Below are positions 37,721 to 50,058 of a stretch of DNA of 64,000 nucleotides, piece by piece. Position 1 is the first letter of the stretch, and each line of letters starts with the position of its first letter. The DNA comes from Macrostomum lignano (taxonomy: Eukaryota). The translations under genes were made by a program, and so were the position numbers. The notes below the pieces were generated by a model. The model saw only the letters and a list, made by a program, of their open reading frames with translations. It made no database searches and was not told the DNA's origin. The stretch spans positions 62,001 through 126,000 of the forward strand of contig NIVC01002069.1 in NCBI GenBank assembly GCA_002269645.1, in the 5' to 3' direction.

Positions 37721-40700
37721 TCAGAGCATCTGTTGATCCGACGAATTCTTCAACGTCGGCACTCCGTCGTCTTCGCCGACTTCGCTACCGGAAGCTCCGC
37801 CGTCCCGATGCTCTCCGTCGTCAGTCAGGTTGCCCTCTGGCGGCTTAAACACAGAGCTGTCCATCAGCATGTCCTCTTCTGCGTCGCCTGTGCGCTTTCT
37901 GGTCTTCTGCTTTTTCTGGCCCAGCTGCATCGGCGAGGCGGCGCCGCTGCGCACCTGGATGATCTCCGACAAGTTGCTGGCCGACTGCTGGCTGACTCCG
38001 CTCTGTCGAGCTCGCGGATCGCCTTCGTTCAGCGACTTTTCAAATCTGTGGTTATAAAAATTCGAGTCGTTTTCTTAGTTTGAACATCTGATCCAATCTT
38101 GTGTCAACTTTTGGTTTGGCGAACTTGTTACATATATTAATATGGGTAAAATATTCGAAAAGGTTTTTTTAGGCCATTTTTAGATAGTCTCTTAGAGATT
38201 GCTCGAACGCAGCGAATCTTCGTGTGCATAGGATTTGGCGCCCCCTTCTCACAGCAGGTTTGGCGCCCCCTTCTCACAGAAGGTTTGGCGCCCCTTCCTC
38301 GCTACAGGTTTGGCGCCCCCTTCTCACAGCAGGTTTGGCGCCCCCTTCTCACAGCAAGTTTGGCGCCCCCTTCTCACAGCAGGTTTGGCGCCCCCTCCTC
38401 AATGCAGGTTTGGCGCTCCCTCCTCACAGCAGGTTTGGCGCCCCCTTCTCACAGAAGATTTGGCGCTCCCTCCTCACAGCAGGTTTGGCGCCCCCTTCTC
38501 ACAGCAGGTTTGGCGCCCCCTTCTCACAGCAGGTTTGGCGCCCCTTCCTCGCTACAGGTTTGGCGCCCCCTTCTCACAGCAGGTTTGGCGCCCCCTTCTC
38601 ACAGCAGGTTTGGCGCCCCCTTCTCACAGCAAGTTTGGCGCCCCTTCTCACAGCAGGTTTGGCGCCCCCTCCTCAATGCAGGTTTGGCGCTCCCTCCTCA
38701 CAGCAGGTTTGGCGCCCCCTCCTCACAGCAGGTTTGGCGAACTTCTCACAGCAGGTTTGGCGCCCCCTCACAGCTCACCCAACATTATTGAATTCTCCCG
38801 TTCCGTTGCGACTCCCGGCGACTCCAGCGGCTCCGTTATTGCCGCCGCCTCCGCCGCTCCAGTCAATGGCGGCTCCCGCCGACTTTCCCGATTTGCTTTT
38901 CGACTTGTTGGACTTGTTCTTTGACGACTTCTTCTTGTGCCTCTGCTGCTTCTGCTTGCCATCAGATCCGGGCTCAGTGTCCAGAGCCACTTTGTCTGAC
39001 TGCAGCTGCTGCTTCTGCTGCCCTGTGGACAGGTCTCCGGCCTTGAAATCCGCGCCCGAGGCAGCCACTTTGTTATCGCGCGTTGATTGTTCTGACTTCC
39101 TGCGCGGGTGCATCTCGCTGCTGGCGCTGGCCAGGTTCTTGCGGTGCTGCTTTGTCCTGGAAGAGTAGAAGTGGCAGGCATAGAACCCACTGAGTTCGTC
39201 ATCATCATCAGAACCAACATTCTCTTCATCGTTATCATTATAGCACTATCATCATCATCATTATCGTTAAGCGTCATTATCTTTATGATCATCATCTTCA
39301 TTATCACCATCATTATTATCATCAACATAATCATCATCACTTTATCATCATCATTACCATCATCATTATTATCATTACAATTATCATCATATCATCATCA
39401 TCATCATCATCATTATTATCATTATCACTTTATCATCATCACCATCATCATCATCAACATCACTTTATCATCATCATCATCATCATCATCATCTTTATGA
39501 TTATCATCATCACCATCATCATATTTTTTCATCTCTAAAAGCATAAAAATCACAGAAAGCAGAATAATATTTCCACAACTCACTGATGATGTCTCAAAGC
39601 CAAGGCCACAATAATGAGAACCAGAGTGCCCAGCACAAATATTGGCACAATCACTTTATTGGCGAGCACTGGCGGCGGTACAGAATAGAAAATGGCGTTG
39701 ATGTAGACCAGACTGTAGCCCACGGAAGTTGAAACGGATTCGCGTTGTTTCTGGGCAATTTCTAGGAAATGGAAGGAGAAAAACAAATATACACGCCATC
39801 TATCAACTACTTGTTGTTGTTGTTAAACGGGGGTGGGAAGCCGGGAGCTACCCGCGGATCAGCCCTGGGAGGGGCTCTGCCGCTGAGGGGCACTACCAGG
39901 GGCATATAGCCCGAGATTGGACCCTGACGTCTGCAGGCCAGGGGAATCTGCCAACCCAAGCCTTATGGACTAAGACACCGCCAACCCAATTTGTGGAATC
40001 AGGGACGGTGCTAGGACCGAATCCACCCAAGCCACCACCCAGCGGACAAGTCCCGGGAGTGCGCGAAAAAAGAATTGGAAAATGTTTGGGTTACTACTGA
40101 AAAGCGGTCCGAGAGCGGAGACCCAGAAGTCTACGGAAATGGCTTAATTTTGAAGTGAGTCTGGAAGGCTTGTTTCCGAGGGCGAGTCTCCTATCAGGCT
40201 ACCAGAAAACCTATAGGGCTGCAAGCCACGAGGGTGTCACCTATCCAGCTCTATATTGGAGGCCAGGCCAAGGAGTCGGGAAGGGGCACAAGGGGCAAGA
40301 GGACCCGGACTCAGCCGGTATCCCGATTCGGGGCGAACTCATTCCCCAGGACTCCAATCCACTGTCAGGATGAGAGCCAAGACACTAGATCTATTAACTA
40401 CTTACTTCGCTTAGTGTTATTGATTTCTAAGAAATCTAAATTAAAAAAATTTCTCTTGTTGCCAACAGGGTGCCCATTTTCGTATGGCGCTAATTTGGGT
40501 GTCACTCATTTTCTTTGCGACGCTAATTTGGGGGTGGCGCTCATTTTCCTGTGGTGCTCATTTTCCTGTGGCGCTAATTTTAGAGCGCCCATTTTCCTGT
40601 GGCGCTATTTGAAGGCGCCCTATTTTCTTTGTGGCGCTCATTTGGATTAGCCAAGTTTCTTGTGGCGCTAATCGGTCCTCGAAAGCTCCATTTTAGCGCC

Positions 40701-43355
40701 GTATCCTGACATTAAAATTTTGCAATGCCATGTAGTCTAAAATAACAAGCTGATAATAGAAATTGCCATAAGCAACTTGCCTGCAACCGCAGCAGCTGGA
40801 AGGCGAACCCGGCTCGATCCAACTGTGTACTCAATGCCAACGCGAACATTGAGGTAGCGTGATTTGTAATTTACCGGATATCCGGCGCTAATTACCACCG
40901 ACGAAGCTGTGAAACTCCTGAAATTTGGAAAGGAGCAGAAAAAGGTATTGATACGCGTCGTGTACTACTCGCAGTAGCTTCTCTAAGGAGGGTGCCAGAT
41001 CATGAAGAAGAGTGCCAGATTCTCTAGGAAGAGTGCCAGATTCTCTAAGGAGAGTGCCAGATTCATTAAGGAAAGTGCCAGATTCTCTAAGAAAGAAGAG
41101 TGCCAGATTCTCTAAGAATAGTGCCAGATTCTCTAAGAATAGTGCCAGATTCTCTAAGAATAGTGCCAGACTCTCTAGGAAGAGTGCCAGATTCTCTAGG
41201 AAGAGTGCCAGATTATCTAAGATTAGTGCCAGATTCTCTAGGAGTGCCAGATTCCCTAGGAAGAGTGCCAGATTCTCTAAGAAGAGGCCAGATTCTCTAA
41301 GAAGAGCGCCAGATTCTCTAAGAAGAGTGCCAGATTCTCTAAGAAGAGTGCCATATTCTCTAAGAAGAGCGCCAGATTTTCTAAGAAGAGCGCCAGATTC
41401 TCTAAGAAGAGCGCCAGATTCTCTAAGAAGAGCGCCAGATTTTCTAAGAAGAGGCCAGATTCTCTAAGAAGAGTGCCAGATTCTTTAGGAAGAGCGCCAG
41501 ATTCTCTAAGAAGAGGCCAGATTCTCTAAGAAGAGCGCCAGATTCTCTAAGAAGAGCGCCAGATTCTTTAGGAAGAGCGCCAGATTCTCTAAGAAGAGGC
41601 CAGATTCTCTAAGAAGAGTGCCAGATTCTTTAGGAAGAGCGCCAGATTCTCTAAGAAGAGGCCAGATTCTCTAAGAAGAGGCCAGATTCTCTAAGAAGAG
41701 TGCCAGATTCTCTAAGAAGAGCGCCAGATTCTCTAAGAAGAGCGCCAGATTCTCTAAGAAGAGGCCAGATTCTCTAAGAAGAGTGCCAGATTCTTTAGGA
41801 AGAGCGCCAGATTCTCTAAGAAGAGGCCAGATTCTCTAAGAAGAGCGCCAGATTCTCTAAGAAGAGTGCCAGATTCTTTAGGAAGAGCGCCAGATTCTCT
41901 AAGAAGAGGCCAGATTCTCTAAGAAGAGCGCCAGATTCTTTAGGAAGAGCGCCAGATTCTCTAAGAAGAGCGCCAGATTCTCTAAGAAGAGTGCCAGATT
42001 CTTTAGGAAGAGCGCCAGATTCTCTAAGAAGAGGCCAGATTCTCTAAGAAGAGGCCAGATTCTCTAAGAAGAGTGCCAGATTCTTTAGGAAGAGCGCCAG
42101 ATTCTCTAAGAAGAGGCCAGATTCTCTAAGAAGAGCGCCAGATTCTCTAAGAAGAGTGCCAGATTCTTTAGGAAGAGCGCCAGATTCTCTAAGAAGAGGC
42201 CAGATTCTCTAAGAAGAGCGCCAGATTCTTTAGGAAGAGCGCCAGATTCTCTAAGAAGAGCGCCAGATTCTCTAAGAAGAGTGCCAGATTCTTTAGGAAG
42301 AGCGCCAGATTCTCTAAGAAGAGGCCAGATTCTCTAAGAAGAGGCCAGATTCTCTAAGAAGAGTGCCAGATTCTTTAGGAAGAGCGCCAGATTCTCTAAG
42401 AAGAGGCCAGATTCTCTAAGAAGAGCGCCAGATTCTCTAAGAAGAGTGCCAGATTCTCTAAGAAGAGGCCAGATTCTCTAAGAAGAGTGCCAGTTTTTAT
42501 ATATCTAGATAGAAGGGTTTAGAAATGCCTATGGTCTGGGAACTTTCGCGAATGTGGCATACTGGGGCCAATCCTCTTTCAATACACAAGCCAGCTCACT
42601 CACACATCCGATGTCGAGTTGATGCCGCAGGTGACAAAATTCGCTCTGTTCGAACAGTAGTCCTTTAGTCCGGTGAGCATTGCCGACTGCAGCTTTGTCT
42701 GTTGGTTCTCCTGCTCCCACTGTATTTGTATAGAATTGTTTCTAGTCAATTTGAGCCACAAGTTTCACAGATTACACTACTGATTAGTGCGAGTAGCTAG
42801 TGAAGATTTTTTATATGATTTGAAAAACAATAGTGTTTAGTTTACAGAAAAAAAGCCAAATGCGGTGGGTTTGCATGGTTTCTCTGCCTACACAGTCTGT
42901 CTTACTGTTGGTCTGAGTTTCTGTCTCCGTACAAGCGTGTCTTAGTGTCCTAATGTCTATCTGTCTTTGTGTCTGTCTGTCTGTCTTAGTGTCCTAATGT
43001 CTATCTGTCTTTGTGTCTGTCTGTCTGTCTTAGTGTCCTAATGTCTATCTGTCTTTGTGTCTGTCTGTCTGTCTTAGTGTCCTAATGTCTATCTGTCTTT
43101 GTGTCTGTCTGTCTGTCTTAGTGTCCTAATGTCTATCTGTCTTTGTGTCTGTCTGTCTGTCTTAGTGTCCTAATGTCTATCTGTCTTTGTGTCTGTCTGT
43201 CTGTCTTAGTGTCCTAATGTCTATCTGTCTTTGTGTCTGTCTTTCTGTCTTAGTGTCCTAATGTCTATCTGTCTTTGTGTCTGTCTGTCTGTCTTAGTGT
43301 CCTAATGTCTATATGTCTTTGTGTCTGTCTGTCTGTCTTAGTGTCCTAATGTCTA

Positions 43356-43428
<73 letters not shown>

Positions 43429-43573
43429 ATGTCAGTTTGTATGCTTTTATACTTACCAGTGTCACTTGATTCATGTAGAATTGCAAGAACACATCATTAC
43501 CAGCACTAGCAAGTGCAGCTTTTAAGTAAATAACAACCAAAATTTGTAGAATTGTTTGCTTGGTAACATTCAT
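37721..43573 (-). CDS. Uncharacterised type-I single-pass membrane protein, 427 aa (signal peptide, ~130-aa SEA-like ectodomain, TM helix, long basic/disordered tail); exons 43573-43457, 42719-42604, 40917-40781, 39761-39584, 39189-38779, 38045-37721
   Basis: Six exons join with phases 0,2,1,2,2 into one stop-free 1284-nt ORF: MNVTKQTILQILVVIYLKAALASAG|NDVFLQFYMNQVTL-WEQENQQTKLQSAMLTGLKDYCSNRANFVTCGINSTSD-VSFTASSVVISAGYPVNYKSRYLNVRVGIEYTVGSSRVRLPAAAVA-EIAQKQRESVSTSVGYSLVYINAIFYSVPPPVLANKVIVPIFVLGTLVLIIVALALRHH-HGFYACHF... The acceptor at 39190 is weak. Confidence 0.75.
38230..38768. repeat. 25-bp minisatellite (AGGTTTGGCGCCCCCTTCTCACAGC)n, intronic
   Basis: Period 25, read directly. Confidence 0.95.
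39195..39525. repeat. Degenerate (ATC)n/(ATT)n microsatellite, intronic
   Basis: Read directly. No continuous reading frame runs across it. Confidence 0.9.
39813..40388 (-). mobile_element. 5'-truncated non-LTR retroposon insertion with (CAA)n tail
   Basis: GC-rich insert flanked by ATCTATCAACTACTT (39798-39812) and ATCTATTAACTACTT (40389-40403), a 15-bp TSD with one mismatch. A (GTT)n tract abuts the left TSD. Confidence 0.7.
41000..42492. repeat. 20/21-bp minisatellite (AGAAGAG(T/C/-)GCCAGATTCT(C/T)TA)n with a 290-bp higher-order repeat
   Basis: The variant order at 41771 recurs at 42061 and 42351. Confidence 0.96.
42938..43427. repeat. 44-bp repeat built from TCTG units (about 9 copies), followed by pure (GTCT)n
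   Basis: CTGTCTTTGT recurs at 42961 and 43005. Confidence 0.95.
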
Positions 43574-43839
43574 GCTGCAATTTTTTTAACTGTTGAATTA
43601 GTCGGTATGTAAGGATAGTATTCAGAGCTTGCTCAATATACTTCGTATATAAATGTGGATTAGCTGGAAAGAAAATGTTTTTACCTGTATCTTCAGACCA
43701 ATCACACACATACCTGTCATTGGACTGATCAAGGGACCGCAGTCCTTCTTTGTGTAATGAATAATTTAACAAAAACTGCATTAGGCATTCAATCTGGTGA
43801 GATCTGATAGATGGCTAAGAATTACCTTTACTTGAATGG

Positions 43840-43871
43840 GTTGCCCATAGCAACGGAATCTCCCTGGCAAC
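43840..43871. promoter_or_regulatory. Two tandem RFX X-box-like motifs upstream of the - strand membrane protein gene
   Basis: GTTGCCCATAGCAAC (43840-43854) fits GTNRCC-N0-3-RGYAAC. ATCTCCCTGGCAAC (43858-43871) fits RTHNYYWTRRNRAC with one mismatch. They lie ~270-300 nt from the ATG at 43573. Confidence 0.55.
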
Positions 43872-44079
43872 GACCAGTGGTATCCATTGGTATCGTTTGA
43901 GTGAAAATATCTCTTCAATACTTGTTTATGAGAGAACAGAAAAGCTTTACTTTATAGTGTCTTTTAAGAGCGTACAATTTAGCAAATCAAGGCTGACCCC
44001 TGAGCATGCACAGTGTTACGTCCGCGGGCATATGTTCACACGCGGTGTACGGTACACGTAATTGTAAAACGCTCTTGGG

Positions 44080-44245
44080 AATTGCTGAGATGTCAAGGCT
44101 AACAGGGTGGAATTGCTGAGATGTCAAGGCTAACAGGGTGAATTGCTCAGTTGTCAGGGCTTACGGGGGAATTGCTCAGTTGTCAAGGCTGAGAGGTCAG
44201 AAGCTACATGTAGTTTAATAAAAAACGTTTACTTCATTCTTTGTT
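44080..44245 (-). repeat. Dispersed repeat with about 4 internal ~32-bp tandem units
   Basis: GAATTGCT(G/C)AG(A/T)TGTCA(A/G)GGCT repeats. The right part is the reverse complement of 20960-21040. Confidence 0.7.
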
Positions 44246-47200
44246 GTATCCCCAATGATGGGGTGCAGATTTCTACGAGTAGTTCTCACATCTAATATTT
44301 TCTGGCTAATTAAAGCAAGTCCTAATTTTATTGGCTGTTTAAATTTGCATAAATTTTAGATAAATAGAACTTTCTTTTTTTTACTTTAAAAATTAATTCT
44401 CAATGAGATTTCTGTATTTGTATTTGTATTCATAGCTCGTTAATTGTTTGTCTATCAACTTGCCAGACTATAGCACAGTAGCATTTGATGGGTTTCGACC
44501 TTCGGGTCCCTTGTTAGGGAACCTTCGGGCCTCAGGCCTCAGAAATAAATCAATTAGAGTCCTGGCCCCCCACTCCTGTCAGATGGTCAGCCCCATGGTA
44601 GCTTGATCGTGTGGCGAGCAGTCTAGGTCCTATAGCTAAGAGAGGGACAGCGAGAGACAAGCAGGGAGAATTTTGAAGGTAGAAATTAGCTAATCCGCAG
44701 ACTAAGCTAACTCGCTGCCACCAGCCCGTACGTCCTGGCTCACCACACCGGGACTCTCGAAATCGGGCTTCCGACTAGAAGGGGCTTTGCACTTACCTGC
44801 CAACTAGTGTCTTTTTGCTGTCTATCTCGAAGTCATAGCCGATGATAAGGGACACTGCTGGGACTAGATCGCATTGGCCATGCAGGTACAGAGGGGACTT
44901 GTGCAGGGGATTCTTGCAGTGGCGAGTCTATGGGGTAGCTACATGTACTATTACATTGCTAAATACGAAGATTTGTACTTTTGGCCTTCAACGCGCTAAC
45001 TAGCCTCTCATAGCGCTGATGATAGACTAACTCGAACTTCAGAGACCTCGCATGATTCATTACCCGAGCCGCTTGGCTAACCTAGAGTGCACAAAGTACA
45101 TCTCTGGCGCCGATTCTGCACTTCTGGCAGTTTTGCTCACTGATTTGATTGATTGATCGACTGAGAACCGCCTTGCCATTGGTCCACTGTGACCGGCGCC
45201 TACTAGCTTAGCTACTCATCTGAGCCATCGGCGAACAAAGAAATAAAACCGATAAAAATAACTGTTAGATTTAACCTTCTTCTTAGATCACTTCACACCT
45301 CAGATTGAATTGGAGTTTCAGACTACTAGTAGTATTATTAAGTGATTTCTGCCTCAGTAACAGCACTACTGAACAAAATGAGCAAAAGTGTGCGCCTAAT
45401 TCAGCTACTGAAACAGGGGACAGATAGGGGATCACCCAATCAAGCAAGTCTAGGTAGCCTCTCACCCAACCAATCAGAAACTCAACAGCCGGAGACCAGG
45501 AAATCCACAGTGACCGAATCGGCTTGATGCTTCGCAGCTGTAGACTCGGGATGATGCTGACACAATCTTCGCAGATAGCTAGCATCTTAACTTTGATGTT
45601 CGCTGCTGATGACCGGGGGACTCGTCCTTGATGATGATAAGGGGAAGTCGCAATCCGGGGATCAAGAAACGACGGTCGCGCTCCGGGATGTCTCAAGCTA
45701 GGCTAAGGTCCCGATCCCAGGAGGTGAGTTCCGAGCGGGCCGAAAACACCGGTTTAAATAGGCGCCAACTGGACCGCAGTTTGTTATAATGGAACACGTC
45801 GATTCTGATTGGCTGAGCCATTTTGTTAAAATGAGAGCCGAATTTTCTGATTGGCTAAGCTTGTTGCTACCCAGAATCACGTGACCGAGAGTTCCTATCA
45901 GTTCCCACAGGGTCGTAAAAAGATGACAGGTGCGGCCATAAATCACTCAAAATCGCAACAAAATGATTTATGACTTTTCGCGTAGGATTGACAGAAATTA
46001 ATGAAAAAATATACATTAGAAAGCTCTTATTAAATAGAAAGTGAAGATAATGAAGAGAAAACGCTAATCGCTAATCCCAAAGTACTTTTAGGGGTAAAAC
46101 GCATAGCTGTCAAAGCTGTCACACGCTTGAGTGAATCCGAACAATAGGCTCTGACCTCATAAATCTTGATGGCCTGTCAAAAGGATGAGAAAAAAGCTAC
46201 CGCCCGCATCCTCTCAGACCATCTGGCGCCCGTCTCAACACTGAGTGAGGCGCAGGTGGCTGTCAGACCAGCTTCGAAAGCGATGATTTATGACCCAAAA
46301 AGCAATGCCTATGTTATTATGACTACTAGTATGGCCAGACATTATATCTAGTATAGATTCTATAACAATTTGCAGAAAAAGGATAAAAATGCTCGCTGCC
46401 CACTGTTAGTAGGCAAGTAAGTTTCGAGCCCATGTGCTAGCGCGGGATTTGGGAAAAAGTGCGTCCTCATCACATTGTAAATTTGTTCATCATGCATTTC
46501 TGTGATCGTGTCAGAAAAGTACTGCGATATTTAATTAGGATTTTTCATTTGTTGACCATGGGCGCACAACGATAATACGAAGCGGCGGTCCGCTACTGGA
46601 GGTTGATCAGTTCGGGCGTGGAACACGAAATGTGACTGGCTAGATTGTCCAATATTCAATTGCTTTCAACTTGATCGATCAGCTGCTGTCAATTCTGCAA
46701 TTCTGATCCTGCTGGAGAAGGATCAATCTTGTAATTAAATAATTAGAAAAAACTCTTACAAACATTACGCTGCTGTATCTTTGCGACTTCACCAAGTCGA
46801 CCATTATTTGCTTTGTGTGCTTTCACTGCTTTGTTCAAATGAAATCTGAATTTTGAAAATCCTGATGGGACAATAAAAATGTTATGAAGGCAGCAGTGAA
46901 ATTCTGTTCTATTGCCAATCTCTGAGCTGCGTTTCCGACATACATGTACAGGTGCTGTAAATGTAGGGTTCAAATTGTCACTAGGCGCAGTTTTATGTAG
47001 ATATTGCTTCACCGACAGGCGACTGCAGCAGTAATTATATATAAGCTATATGAATTTATTTTATTTGTCTAATGTCTGACTGATTACTGCTGCTGAGTAA
47101 TGGAAATATCGATGACGTTAACCGACTATAAAAGGCCACAAGATACATGTTTGAACAAAATCAATATATCCTATATACTATACACGTACTTATGTACTTA

Positions 47201-48668
47201 TTCTGAGCATCCTAAGTAGTGATGAATGATGATGCAACAAACAAGCTAAGCTATATATATTTATTTAACAACCTGCAGGCTGCATGGTGCAAGCTATAGA
47301 TTGAATAGATTAATTGAGTAGTAGATAAGTACGAGAATACAAGGACTGCAGCTGTAGATTGTAATGCATTGATGCACGAGTGGCCCCGACTGACCTTAAC
47401 AAAATGGTCTTAAAATTAAAATAATACTGAAACTTACACATTTATTAAAACAAAAAGAAACCGTGTAAAGCAAGGTGTATGCACTCGCATAAGATTAAAC
47501 TTCTATATTACAAGCTGTATAAAAAGTAATCAAGTTAAGATGAACTATAGATAACTATTTGCGAAGGATGTGCTGAGTTGTGAAGATAATAAAATTTAAA
47601 TAGACATGTACTTAGTAACTTGCTGAAAACGAGAGGCGGCTCTGCCTCTGGCAGGTGCAGACTAGCCATAGGGCATAGCCTAGGCTTATACGAATAAGTA
47701 GTAACTAATTAAGCAACTCATTCATTTATTCAAGCAAGCTATTCATGCTAGGGGCTTAAGGCTAAGCGTTAGGGCCACTAAGACCTAAGCTAGCCTACCT
47801 AGGGGCAGGGCTAAGGCATATTCTATTGACTCTAATTTATACTAATACTTCATCTCATAATAAATTAATAAGTAACTCATAAATGAGGTATGAGCCTCAA
47901 CCAATCAACTTAATATTATAGACCCATCCAAGGCCCCACGGCCCACGGGCAGAGTAGGCCTAGGCCTAGCTTGGCTGTAAAAACAGTGTAAAAGTGTTTG
48001 CCATTTGTCTCTTGTGCCACAATGTCGACCCTGGCCCTAGTTTGATTATGGGTGCTTCCATTAAAATGAATTGATTTTGGGGCTTCATGTACAAAAATTG
48101 GTCTAGGTGACTAGGTTTCTAAGATTCAACCCACCCCATGAGAGCCAACCCCACAGAGTGATTTCAATAGACTAGGCTAGGGGCCTTGAACAGCTTGCAG
48201 CCTATGCCCTAATCTTGCCTACAGCTGCATCCTTATCCCCAACCCAACCAACTGCCAGTAGACCTAATAGGCCAGGCCTAAAACACAGTGAATATTCCTG
48301 ATGTTTGACAATGAGAAAGTTTTAAACTTCTATAGCTATAGGGCCTATAATTTATGTCACATATAATTTATATATGTCACATATGGTTCCTGGACACTTT
48401 GTCATCTACTTTTTGTATGAAAAACAAAAAGTCCTCAAAATTTGGTCACTTCGTCATCTAGATTTACTAACAATTTTTTGATATGACAAAGGATCCAAAA
48501 ACCATGGGCATGGTCACTTTGTCATCTCAATTCAAAACATCTCAGTGATGAAGCCATATTTATAAGAATATATATTTAAATAAATAAGCATACATGTGCA
48601 ACTGCTGGCCAACCTGGCCAATCTGGCCACTGTAAATTGTGGTGTAAGCATATTTATAGTTGCTTTTA

Positions 48669-49455
48669 GGCTCATTCCATATAAGATGGACATATTTGGA
48701 AAATAGAAAAAAGTCAATATTTTTGCATGCCATTGCCTTATTAGCCTATTTTTTTTACCTAATGTTTTTTATGTGCAATATATACAATCTAAGAATAAAG
48801 GAATGGTAAAATGTTGGATTAGTATGTTATCAATTGGAAAAAAATCATTTTTGTACAAATTTGGACATTTTTCGAAGCAAAAAACATCATTAAGATTTTG
48901 TACCTTTTAAAAACAAATAGAAAGCTTTTGAAGGTTGAAACAAACTGTAAATAAAAGTATAGTACTTGCGTCATCAGATAAAAGCATTGGTGACCAAATA
49001 ATCTATTATATTTTTAATGTATTAGTACCTCAAAATTACTGAATTGACAGAAAAAAAATATGTTACGACCATAATGTTACAACCATAAGGCTGCCTTTTC
49101 TTTTGTATCTTTTTTGCCTTAGAGTTTATATATTCTAATAAAAGAGTATGATTTCTAAAGATGTTCTTAGTCAAATTTTAAAAATGTATTGCAAAATATA
49201 AAAAATGAAAAATGTTATAAGACTTTTACCTTTTAGTTTCTATATGTCAAAAATCCTGTCGTTACGACCATAAGTGTCATTTAAGGTTTAATAGCATCTA
49301 TACTAATGATGATATCTATATGAAACTCTATAAATATATTCTAGACAAAATAATCTTTCATTTAAAATGTTGGTTTAGTATATTCTATTATTAGATTTCA
49401 TTTTATAAGTAAAAATAGCCTGTCATGTTACAACCATGCTTATATGGAATGAGCC
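48669..49455 (+). mobile_element. 787-bp Kolobok-like MITE, copy 2, intact ends
   Basis: Perfect 17-bp TIR GGCTCATTCCATATAAG / CTTATATGGAATGAGCC, with TTTA on both sides (48665-68, 49456-59). Confidence 0.88.
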
Positions 49456-50058
49456 TTTAGTACCAATTTTATTACTCTTTCTATGATGAATATACTATAT
49501 ACTACATCTATAACCATAACTATTGAAATACAACAATTAATTTTTGTATAATAGACTAAGCTAGACCTACATTAACTAGTAGAGTTCTGTTATAGCTTTA
49601 AACATGGCTCTGGAAGAGATAATGTAGAAGTTTTAAGACAAAACATTTAGATTCAAATATAGTTAAAGGAATGCATATTTTTTATCTAGTAATATTGGCC
49701 ACTTAGTACTTAAGACTTGAATATCTAAAAAGAACAGTAGAAATAAATGAATTTTGCCAGTTTCAAAGCATTTTGAAAGGAGCTCTTTAAGTCTCTAGGG
49801 TTAGGGACTCAAGCAACCAAAATTTACAATGCCATATGCACATTGTGTAGTTAAAGTGAAAATTTTAAATAAACTGGTATAGGCCTTGTGCTAGTGAGTC
49901 AATGACAGATAAAAAATAGTGTAGTAGGTCACTAATTTAATGAATCAATACATTTTTATTGCACCCTTTTCATTGATCTGCTAGCACAATCATTTTCAAG
50001 TAGGCCTAACTTTGTTTAATGTAAAATTTTGTGAATTCATGCATTACTGCCAGGCACA

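Noticed and set aside
38222-39168. + strand ORFs of 189-314 aa
   Set aside because: These are the 25-bp array plus the antisense of a real - strand exon.
39195-39535. Possible poly-Asp coding exon on the - strand using the strong TTTTAG acceptor at ~39535
   Set aside because: The (GAT)n tract switches frame repeatedly, and joining the phase-2 donor there gives an early stop (QDEKI*). It could only be a short-tail isoform. The in-frame acceptor at 39190 was preferred.
41012-41467. RRVPDSL-repeat ORFs
   Set aside because: Translation of the 21-bp units of the intronic satellite.
44500-45950. ORFs at 45283-45946 and GC-richer sequence with two ATTGG boxes and TCACGTGAC
   Set aside because: No domain motifs or splice chain found. 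It may be a decayed element or promoter, but I cannot support a call.
46500-47030. - strand ORF 46743-47012 and neighbouring coding-like sequence
   Set aside because: All frames are interrupted by stops and no family motif is recognisable.
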